Source of the DNA: Bugula neritina
Taxonomy: Eukaryota > Animalia > Bryozoa
NCBI GenBank assembly: GCA_964035545.1
Contig: OZ037767.1
Coordinates: forward strand, 1,437,680 to 1,501,679
Length of the DNA stretch: 64,000 bases
Direction of reading: 5' to 3'
Shown here: positions 12,001 to 24,000 of the stretch, in pieces
Position numbering within the stretch: the first letter of the stretch is position 1
Layout of the letters: every line of letters starts with the position of its first letter
Translations under genes and position numbers: made by a program
Notes under the pieces: generated by a model
The model's database searches: none
What the model was told of the DNA's origin: nothing
Seen by the model: the letters and a program-made list of their open reading frames with translations, nothing else

Positions 12001-15000
12001 GCATTATCAAGGTCATGTTGTTGATCTCATTGATGTTGACAAATGTAGTCTCCGCCCTCCGGAATGTCTAAACCAATAGATTGATGAAATAAAATATATA
12101 ACAATAGTGATTTAATTGATCATTCTACTACGAAACTTCAAACATAATCCAGTAAAACCATACAAAGAACTTTTTGTTGGCCAAATAAAAAAAACTTCAA
12201 TCAATTCACGGTCAACTGATGAAGACAGAAGAAGGAAAATGTTAGTCTCAGCTCCTAGTTGAAGAACTCACGTTAGAGGCAGACCAGAAGTTAAAAACTT
12301 TAGCCACATGTTCAAACAAGATCTCAGCATCAGGATGGGGCTCTTTGATCCACCCCGACCTGTACAGGTCCACGTATCTGATGAGCACTGGGTAAGAGGC
12401 ATACAGGTCTCTCACCATGATCTGGAAATCCTGCAATACGCAAGTCCTTGAGTAACATAAGAGATCATTGAATAACATAAGAGATCATTGAATAACATAA
12501 GAGATCATTGAATAACATAAGAGATCATTGAATAACATAAGAGATCATTGAATAACATAAGAGATCATTGAATAACATAAGAGATCATTGAATAACATAA
12601 GAGATCATTGAATAACATAAGAGATCATTGAATAACATAAGAGATCATTGAATAACATAAGAGATCATTGAATAACATAAGAGATCATTGAATAACATAA
12701 GAGATCATTGAATAACATAAGAGATCATTGAATAACATAAGAGATCATTGAATAACATAAGAGATCATTGAATAACATAAGAGATCATTAAATAACATAA
12801 GGAGAGGTCAACCAAGTATGTAAAAATCAATGTCTCAGTATATCAACTTCTAAAACCCGTCTCACCCAATCATATTTTGTCATACCGACATCACACAAAT
12901 GTATACTACAACAAGGAGACAACTCTAAAAGATGTTTCTATAAAATGTCTTCAATACTGAACCTGAAATATATACATTTTGAAATGCTACAACCGCACTT
13001 TATCATAATATAAAAGGCAAGCTTGATCTCTTCTCTATCTAAACCAACCTCTGTCAGCTGTTCCTCCAGATCTGATGCATTCTCGGAGTTGTTTCTCTTT
13101 TCTGAGCAGTACTCTTCCTCCGCCTTCCGCACCTCCACGGCTCTGTCTCGCAGCTTCTGCGCCATCGGAATGATGTACTCTGTGAGCATGCTCTCCGTGG
13201 CATTGAACAGAATAGCCTGAGTTCTCACTATGTGTAACAATTACAATATATAACAGTATACCATAGTTTCAGCTTGTAGGTTCCTATGCTAATTAAACTT
13301 TTGAACCAACTCAGTGATTAAGCTGTGTGCTGTAGCAGTTAAGAATAGCAGCAATGAAAGTCAGCAATAATTAGTATTAGTTTCATAACACCACAGACTT
13401 CAGAGCCAACTAGAAATGTCATCAGCATGAGCACAAAAGTTTATTATATATATTAAACAACATTATTTGAGCACACAACCTCCAAACAGTATGTAAATGA
13501 CAGCCAAGACATATATGATTATTTTTATACTGCATAAAATAGTGTCAGGGAAACAAACCTTTGTCCAATTCAAAGACCAGAAACTAAAAATATTTTGTCT
13601 GACCTAGATAAAAGTTAGAATTGTCAACTCACTGGCAATTCTGTTCATCCACGGAGCTTCGGCCATTCCGATGTGTTTCTGAATGAGTTTGAGGACATCC
13701 CCGAGGACGGAGTTCATTAGAGCAGACGTCACTGCTGTCACCTGAGTCGTCTGCGAGGAGGAACTGTCTGGGCCAACAGACCACCATTTTGGAAGATAGC
13801 TACAGAATATCACACCAGGGTACACCCACTTTCATTTGGACTGAATTGTATTTGTTTATGACAGAAGACAACTGCTTATTCTAAAATAATTGAATACATT
13901 TAAAGAAAATATGACGCAGGAAGTGTAATATGCAGAAAGACAAACCTGCAGAGCATGGGCAGAGTGACCTCTATTATATGCAGATTATCTTTGTTGTCTT
14001 CCTGCCTCTCTTGTAGCGCGAGATCCTTGATTATATCAGCTATAGTCTCTAGCTCGGGCACACTCTCACCCAACTGTGTCATGATTTCTGTAACATAAAA
14101 TGTGTGAAATGTAATAGCTGTTTGTAAAACAACACTGCACAATATCGTGTTATTTCATGCTTTTCAAAATCAATCATTCTTCAACTCTTTACATATTATT
14201 CAAAGCAAGTATAGAATATAGAAGGTACAGTATAGAGCATAAAGCATAGAGTATAAAGAGTATAGAATATAGAAGGTACAGTAAAGAGTGTAGAATACAG
14301 AGTGTAAAGGGTATAGAGTATAGAGTGTACAATGTAGACTACAACAGGTATGGTGCCAAGTAAAGAATATATAAGTCACAGCATGTATAAAACATGATGT
14401 TGAGATTATAGATAATAAATAATAAAGTTTAGAATACAAGACATATAATATCAAGTAGCTGAAAAGTATAACTAGAAATATCAGGCCAAACCAACCATGT
14501 GCTTCTAGTGAGTGCTCCTGCACCTGATCCATAGGCACCTGGTAGACTATAGAGTGTTTGTTAGCTATGTTATACTTCGGCTCCAAGAACGCCACAGGGA
14601 AACAGGCCGCAAACCCTGCCACACACTCCCCAAGAGCCGGGCGGTGCCTAAAATTTAGAGCACTCAACTATCAACAGTAGAGTGTATTTACTGAGGAATA
14701 TCAGGGTGTTTAGCCAAAGAGGTTAAATTATTAACTCTCTACTGCAGATAAATTAGTTTTCTTGCACAACACAATTGTGGGGAATATAAAACACACACCA
14801 ATTTTTGACTAGGCCTATGCTATAAGAAAATGCACAGAAATCTCGCATATCAAACTTCTATACTATAAGAACTATAATGAGAGTCGGAGAAATTACATAA
14901 TATTCAACTTTCAAGCCTGTAAAGTTAGACATACTTAGTGAATTTCCAAAGATTACAGCATGGAATTTTATATGATTTGCACAGCGCATTTTTCAAAGCA

Positions 15001-18000
15001 TTGAGTTCTGGATTTTCCCAAGTATTGAATATGTGATCTTTGAATATTACACACATTTGTTGCAACGATTTGTAAAAGAATAAATGTTAGAAATAGAATT
15101 ATAATGCAACATTATCCATAAAAGCAATAAAATAAGAGAAAGGTATAAAAAATATGATAATATTTTACGAAAGCAGACCCACAACCCTGCAAAGAAAGCA
15201 TTAATTAGGAAAGTTGTCAGAAAAATATACACAGTTAGGTTGAAGCTACTCCTTTTAATTGTAACAATGTTAGTTCACTTTCAGTAGTTCTACTATTAGC
15301 GTACATAAATCCATAAGCAAACGGATATCTGCAATATTACTAAAACCCACAAAAAGGCAAAGAATATGGTCAGGCAAACACAAATGGCAGCTGGTGGGTC
15401 TATCGGTACAAATGTCTATACGTGTTAAGTAGATCTACTTATTAGCTACAATAGGAACGATATTGACAAAATATTGTACACAATGCTTGTTAGGGATGGG
15501 TAACTCTCAAACTGGTCTACAAAATGGTATATCAAGTGGCCAACACATCTCTGTAATATATACTACAGCAAGGGGCTACGGTGTAAGTAGTTAAAAATCA
15601 GAGCGGCAAAACCAAACACCTTGTCTACCTCAGTAGCTCTTTGCTGAACTGTTCACTGTAATCAAAAGAATATTAGTTTAGCTTGAAGAACCAAAATCTA
15701 TGTTATGGTGTACCAACTGAAATTAGTAATACAGCTACAACTATTATGTAGAGGTGCAAGATGTTAGTATAAATAAGTGCTAGACGTGAAGAAAGATTAG
15801 AGGTAAGAAGTCCAGTTCTAGTTGTTATACTGTATAGTGTCTATAGAGAAATCTAACAAATCAAATACAAAACATTTTACAATATCAGAGAGACATTATA
15901 AAAGATTATACATAGAGCATTAAAAAGAGGCCAGTGACTATGAGATTAGAGACCGGCTTTCATTTAAACAAGATCTCTAAAAAAAATATTAGCCAACAAT
16001 TTCTAATTAGTTAGAATCTATCACAAATCTATTGTTTTGAGCAAATTATACCATTCTCTGAAGAGTTCTGAACTGCCATGACTCATCGCAAGCAATATCT
16101 GACAGCAGCATTGGGAGATACATATGGTAATGAAGACACCAGCAGCATATGGTAATGAAGAGAGAATACTTACCGTTGAACAAAGGAGTCACTGTGCGCT
16201 CCCATGGTGTACAGCGAATGTAAGATTCTATAGCAAGCCAGTTGAATATCATTCACTAAAAGTTAACAGTAATAATTGATACCAAAACTATCATAGCACG
16301 TTATTTACAATAAATCTGATATATAGATGCATGCAGTGTTAGTTTGAGAGCACAAAATTCATTAAACAGTCTGAGAGCCATTCAAATACAGCTGAAAAAT
16401 GCTGGTTTTAATGTTGTTGTATTTCAAACAGCAAACAACTGCATTTCAATACTTTATAAATCTCGACCACAACTATAACATTAATCACAATGATTCAGAG
16501 GCGAAGTACCACCTGGACTATCTGAAATACATCACTTAAACAACTCGGAACTAAACTTGGTACTGTTTAAGTCCAGGAGTTCTGTTGATAGACAGAGAGA
16601 TGGATAGAAGAGAGACAAGAGAAAGAACATGCAGAGTAGAGCAGCACCTACCACAGTGACCTCTGTCTAAATATTACAAAAAGTCTTTTAACAAACAGGA
16701 AGATAAAAAGCTGGAGCACATATTATAATAGCAGACAGTAAAGGTGTTCGGGTAGAAAGAGTTTAACCTCCAACATACTCTGGTAATGAAGGGTTGTCTA
16801 CGACAATTACTCTCTTTTCTACTAGCACACAATGATCAAAAAAAGCATTACAGGTGAGCTATTGTTGAGAAACAAAAATGAGTTAACCAAATCTCATCAT
16901 TTATAAACCGAACCAAGTTCACTGAGGTCTTGAGAGTATACTGTAAACTACACTCAACACTTACCAAGAAGTTCGGCTCCAAAGTTGTGGTACGCGAGAT
17001 GATTAAAGAGTGATGACATCACAGGAAGTACCACCATATGGATGTAGTCTAAGCTCTGATTCCCTTTAGCCAGAGTACCTTTGATGTGGCTGAATCTGCC
17101 CGCCTTTAAATTTTCCACCATGGTGGTAAGATCCTCGGCAGCGTTCATAAACAGCGGGGTCATTTGAGTGCGAACTATGTCGGTGCTGTTCTTCACCACA
17201 GACCTAGGAGCAGCGTTATGTAAGTAACTAGGAGCAGCGTACTGGTTCACTAGTGTGAATCATATCAAATTGACAAACACTTTTAACAGGTTTACTTGAA
17301 TCAATACTAACAGCTATAACTGTAAACCAGTTAATCCTAATAAAATTGTAAATAATTTAGTTCTAATCAAACTGTTGAAATAGTTGAACACTAAGATAAC
17401 TGGTTCAACACGTCTTCATTTAAAAAAATTAATTAGATACAAAAACATGATCAACGAATAATGATGACATTTTTAAGTACTTTGGACGCAACTTATTTGA
17501 CTAGAAAATATAAACAGTGAAAAGAGACAAAAGGTGGCCTTAAGGTGGCCTTAAGATACCCTCAGTCCCTCACCTGGCGTCTATAGCCTGGCAAATGCAC
17601 ACCAGACACTGCACAGTAATGTGAATGTCAGAACCAAAGGCATAGAGCTTCTGTCGTAGCAGGGAGGATAACTTACAGAACAATCTAAAAGAGAATACAG
17701 AGAGCTGTGAGCAGCAACCAAGTATTGAAGTTTAGGTTTAATACTATTATCAAATGTTCACATCTGTCATAACAACTAATTTATACTACATACTCCTTGG
17801 CTTATGCATGGATCTGCTAAATAAATGAGTTGGGAATAAAGTTTAAACAGCAGCTAATGAAAAGATGTATTTCTATATTTTCTATATTTTGGAAGTTTGG
17901 AGTGTATGAAAACTGATATTAATCTACAATTTCATCGTCTACAGTTTATCGTCTACAGTTCATAGTCAACAGTTCATAATCTTCAGTTCATAATCTACAG

Positions 18001-21000
18001 TGTATAGTCTACATTTAGTTGCGTAGAAACTCACGATGCGACCATTTCCTTTTCTTTGATAGAAGCCGAGGTGGAGCCAACTCCCATGAAGTAAGCTTGA
18101 TGAGCGACAAAGTACTTGTTCATTAGCAACAGTACCACCTGCAAGAGATAACATTAAAGTGAAACCACCTACAAGAGATAACATTAAAGTAAAACTACCT
18201 ACAAAAGATAACATTAAAGTGAAACCACCTACAAAAGATGACATTAAAGTGAAACCACCTGCAAGAGATAACATTAAAGTGAAACCACCTACAAGAGATA
18301 AAATTAAAGTGAAACCACCTGCAAGAGATAACATTAAAGTGAAACCACCTGCAAGAGATAACATTAAAGTGAAACCACCTGCAAGAGATAACATTAAAGT
18401 GAAACCACCTACAAGAGATAACATTAAAGTGAAACCACCTGCAAGAGATAACATTAAAGTGAAACCACCTGCAAGAGATAACATTAAAGTGAAACCACCT
18501 GCAAGAGATAACATTAAAGTGAAACCACCTACAAGAGATAACATCAAAGTGAAACCACCTGCAAGAGATAACATTAAAGTGAAACCACCTACAAGAGATA
18601 ACATTAAAGTGAAACTACCTACAGAGGGTATTATTATTAAAGTGAAACCACACCTACAAGAAATAATTATTGCTATTTAATACATTTAAATACAGATAAA
18701 TATTACAATATAAAAAACTAAAATGTGTTGACATGAAATATGGTATGTTTAACTGAAGTGTAAAAAAACTTCTCTTTCAAATCTTCAGCTTCAAATAAAC
18801 AATTACACAACACATTAAAACCCGTTAGATAACTACACGCAGGTCACCTTTCCAAAGAACTTGATCTCCTCGTTCTGGTCGTTGAAACTATCAGTCTTGG
18901 TGAAGTGTTTGCTGGACTGGATGACAACCATGTTGTGTGCCGCCTTGTCTACGTATTCTAGAAGCTTCTCCAACAAGCTGTAGGCAAATCTCTTCTCGGT
19001 GTTAGGAGGTCCCAAATCTTCTTCTTCAGCTCTGGCAGCCCTACAGCACAACCATACCCTCAGACTAACTGACTACAACACAACAATACCCTCAAACTAG
19101 CTGACTAACGCTGCCCTACATCACAATACCCTCTCAGATTAGCTGATTAAACTTGTGCCCAGGATTCTCAATCTGCATAATAATTTTCAATAATGAAAAA
19201 TTCAAGACTTCTAATTTCAGTGAAACAGATTAAATCATAAGCATTATTCAAAAATAAATAAATAAACAAATAATTATTTAAAAGTTCTGATTTTTGATAA
19301 AATTTTCTTTTCTAGAGAAAAAACCAGTAAAAATGTCACAGAAAACTACAAGAATGAGTTGAAATACCAAAGTGTGGCAATGAACTAGATATAAAAGCTA
19401 TTTCAAAATTTATATGTAAAAAATATCTTACGATTTGCAAAAACTAAATAAAAACTGCTATTTGCTGTTAATGGGACAAATTTTTGAATATAAACTACTG
19501 ATTTACTGTTATATGTATTGTTATAGTTCAATTCCACTCACCTGGAAGCATTACTAGTTTCACTGTTTTGTCTTGGTGATTGGAACGACTGACGTTTTCT
19601 GGTAGGAGAGGATGGTCTCACGCCCCCAACACTATTGTGGAAAACATCAAAACACTTAAACTTACAATAAATCTAAAAAAACATATTAATAAAGATGGCA
19701 GAAATCAACAAGGGAAAATAAGGGTCTACCATAACAACTACAACACCTACAAGAAATAAATCTTTGAAAGAAAGGTGAAAATTCAAGCAGAAAATATCTA
19801 GTAAAAGCTTACAAAAAGCAACTCAGTTACATAACTTACGTTCAGAAGCTTCACACAAATTCTAATAATCATTATATGAAATATATGTTAATGCCATTAG
19901 TTATCTAACGAAAAATTTAGTAGCATAAAATTTAGTTAGCAATGTAGTGCAACTAGCAATGTGCTATAATTAGTAAGGTGATGTAGTAAGTGATTATTAA
20001 TGTTATATTTGCCTTGAAATGTTTAAGCGTGAATGAATACCAAAACCGGTTAGAAAGCTTTGTATACAAATCATGTGCAAAAATACTGTTTCCAGCTAGC
20101 CAGAGTTTCTAGAGACTTAGCTTTAGTTCCGAGAAAGCAACATTGCATACTACAATCATAATTGGGAACTCAAACTTTGTCCAAAAACAGTATTTTTACA
20201 CTTTCCTAATGTTAATCAAGGTCTTTCTTACTTACATGATATTAAATAGCTGATGCTCATTGGAGGGCCAATTACAAACCATCCAATCGGGTAACCAGTA
20301 ACAAACCAGTAGTTCCAATCATCAACACCATTGGTACAACACACACAATTTGCTCACCAGATGCAAATACCACAATTACCAAATCAGCTATTACATAACA
20401 TTTCAGTGGCAGCAATAGTTAAACGACCAATAATGGTTTGTGCTGAGAGGGAAAAGAGAACAAAATGGGTTCAAACAGTGAAAAGTGAAAAAAAGCAAAG
20501 CTACAACAGAAAACTGTAGATTAAGAAAAATAACAACATTGACAAGTGCAAGAAATAGAAAAGTGTTTAAACAGAATATTAGAAATTGTGTTCGCAGATG
20601 CTAGTTTGATAAGGCAGCAAGCCATCATAAAGTCAGCCTCAATGGAAAAAGTGAAGCACCATGTTTATTAGTTATGATTATAGCATCGAAGTTACTAAGA
20701 TTTACTAATTAGTATAATTTTTAAACAACATTATAAATTAGCACCATTTACAATATTAAGCTTTTTCTTATAATTTTTAAACCAGAAGTTATTTTGAAAA
20801 CATTTAGTATATAGTTAAGGCTGGCTGGGTTTTGTCATTAGTTAGAAGCAGTTATAACCGACTTAATTCTTTTAGTACAACATTAAGTCTGTTAGAAAAA
20901 CCATGTAAACATATTTAGCACAAACCCAAGTTACATACTTAGCAATTCTAAAGCCGTTGGTTTGAAGAAACTTGAAGAGCTCCGATACGTGTTTTCTGTA

Positions 21001-24000
21001 GTTGTCTTTCTCCGTCTCCGTCAGCATGTCATAAGGTACAAGGAGCGGATGAATACCCCCTCCTATTGCATCTAACTGCTGCTTCTTCTTCTTGCACCAG
21101 ACTGCGTGTTGGTGGGAGGAGACCTTCTCCACCAGAGACTACAGAGAGTGGCAGCATACAAGTATGAGTCATAGTAACATAGAGATATGAGTCATAGTAT
21201 CATACATATATGAGTCATAATATACAAGTATGAGTCATAGTAACATAGAGATATGAGTCATAGTATCATACAAGTATGAGTCATGCATGATATTATAAAG
21301 GCAATGAGTACACTCAAACTTTACACACAAAAAAGTAAGTAAAAGTAAAACTTCCGCTGCTCATGTGGGCCATAGAAGTAAAATATCTCAGCCAACATAC
21401 CAACATGTCTCGGCTAAGAGCAACATTTTTCAAGTCCAGAGGAGAGGGGCAATAACTCCCAATGCTGTGTCCCATGTTAGCTATGCTAGGCTTAGAGACT
21501 GGCTGAGTTCTGTTGCTCGGGTTGGAGTAGCTGACTTGCCACCCCCAAGCCACGACTGCCTTGATAGCCTCCTCAGCTGGCTCTACCAGCTTCTTCTGCT
21601 CCTTATTCCGGAGACTTCTGAACTCCACCAGACTGGGGTGAAGCTTATCATCTTCATCGTAGTATTCTCCGTACAGCCAGCTGTCGTTCATCTATTAGTG
21701 AATGTGACACATGTGTGTAGAACACAGGCTAGTACAATACATAACATATTGAAATAATATCAAAGAGTTTGGTGGAAAGATAATATTTTGCAGCATTTTA
21801 AGAATCAATGGAACAAATTGGCGAAGACCTGCAGCTAAGCATCATTTATACCTGAAAAATTCTAACTCAGAAACAACAAATCTGACTCAAAAGTAACAAA
21901 TAGCTTTGAATACATGAAGTTCTTAGAAGGTAGGGATTGAGTATCTCACCATTTGAGCACACCACAGGTCGTGATAGTGTTCAGCAAAACGCTGTAGAAC
22001 AGGGGCTATGTTAGCAGGTAGCGGAACTTTCTTAGTCTCGATGGGGTGAGGGATGTATGCGTCGTCTGAGCTAACGTGTGGCAGATCCTCCATGTTATTG
22101 GCTACCGAGCAGTCAGGTGACAGGGCACAGCCAATAGCGGCCAGGCAAGGTAGAGCACGGGAGAACAACTCCGGTTCGTATGACTAAAATATTGCATCAT
22201 TTGTGTAACTAAAATAACTATATGATAGACACACATCTATTCGTGTACTTACAGTGACTATATGATAGACACGCATCTATTTGTGTATTTACAGTAACTA
22301 TATGATAGACACGCATCTATTTGTGTATTTACAGTAGCTATATGATAGACACACATCTATTTGTGTATTTACAGTAACTATATGATAGACACGCATTTAT
22401 TGGTGTATTTACAGTAACTATATGATAGACACGCATCTATTTGTGTATTTACAGTAACTATATGATAGACACGCATCTATTTGTGTATTTACAGTAACTA
22501 TATGATACTCATCTTTTGCTGAGGTTAATTATAAAATTTAGTATGACAGTGCACCACACAAAATATCATAATTCATGGTGCAAGTGCGTTTTCCTGTGTG
22601 TTTGTGGTGTTAAACATGCCATTTGTACTGCTTTATACACTAATATAATTATAATTGTTATATATTATATAAAATATCTAATATATATCACAAATGTTAT
22701 ATAACATATAGATTATACCAACTATATAATATATACTGTTATATTATCATTGCTGTCACACATACGTACTGTTACACACGTACCCGCTGAGCTAGAGCGT
22801 CAAACAGACGAGTGAAAAGAATCATAGTAAGTTTTTTCTCGTCATCGCCAGCCATACCGTAGTCAGCGTGTCCCATACTGTAGTACGTCGTACATTTTTC
22901 ATAGTGATGAGTCAGCATGCGGAGGGAGATAACTGTGTTCTCCGTCAGAACAGGAAGATCCACTGTGAGCATGCCCAGCAGTTTCAACATCATGATTGGT
23001 CGCATGTTGCTGTGAACACGCGAGGAAATAAAATTTTAACATCAAGTACGCAATCTGTGTTTCAAGGTGTCTATTTATGATGCATACGTAATGCATAAAA
23101 TTCTATATATAAAAATATTCAGTGCTCTTTAAAGCATATGATGTATATGGTACAAGAAAGCACCTTAACAACCTGTATTATAAGGCAAAGAGGCAGCTGA
23201 CACTTGCAGTCATACTAACACACAATTATAATAAGAATGCCCTTCACCTTACAGAGTGAAACTATCAGTGTGATGTCAGATATAGCAGTGCGAATTCATC
23301 AGTGCACGAGATTATGTGTTTACGGCGTTCATTATGCAGCAACTAAACTAGAGCACTTCACATTGATATAGAAATCTTCAAGTTTAGATGGCAATCATTG
23401 AGAAGAAAATAATTTATAATTATATAAATTGAGATTATACAAGTTTTAAAAGAACACTGTTACCTGGTGTGTGCCACCAGGAAATCCGTGACTGTCCTGA
23501 ATTGGCCGGCGGTGAGACTCCTGCATTTACTCAGCCGGTAGACGGTGTGGAGCAGCGAGTCCATCAACTGGGACTTGTGCTCCGCATTCTCAAAGAACTT
23601 GGCATGCTTAGTCAGCAACGGCAGCACTGCGCCACACAAGTACCGGTTAAGGGCCAGCGCGAAGTCACTCTCCGCTATTCCACTCTGCAAGATATTACCT
23701 TTCTTAGAATATACTCAGGTCATACTCAGTCTTACTCAAGTACATCAAGTCCCACTCAGTATGACAAAGTTGCACTTGTTTAAATCATTTCTTTGGAATT
23801 TCTACTCAGAAATATAAAAGCTCTTCAAACTTATTCATAGACGAAGCACACTTTTCACCAAATTCTGGTCTAGGGCGCAACAAAGCTATTTATCAAGTAT
23901 ACTACAGATATCACAAGTATACTACAGATATCACAAGTATTACTTGAGTACATCACAAGTATTACTTGAGTACATAACTACTCACTGTGTCCAGAGTAGT

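Noticed and set aside
12453-12801. Regular short repeats resembling a CRISPR array
   Set aside because: Head-to-tail units without unique spacers, eukaryotic intron, no cas genes; the same applies to all other arrays here
17966-18680. 212-aa and 173-aa repetitive ORFs
   Set aside because: Artefacts of the 30-bp repeat; the real exon 56 uses a different frame
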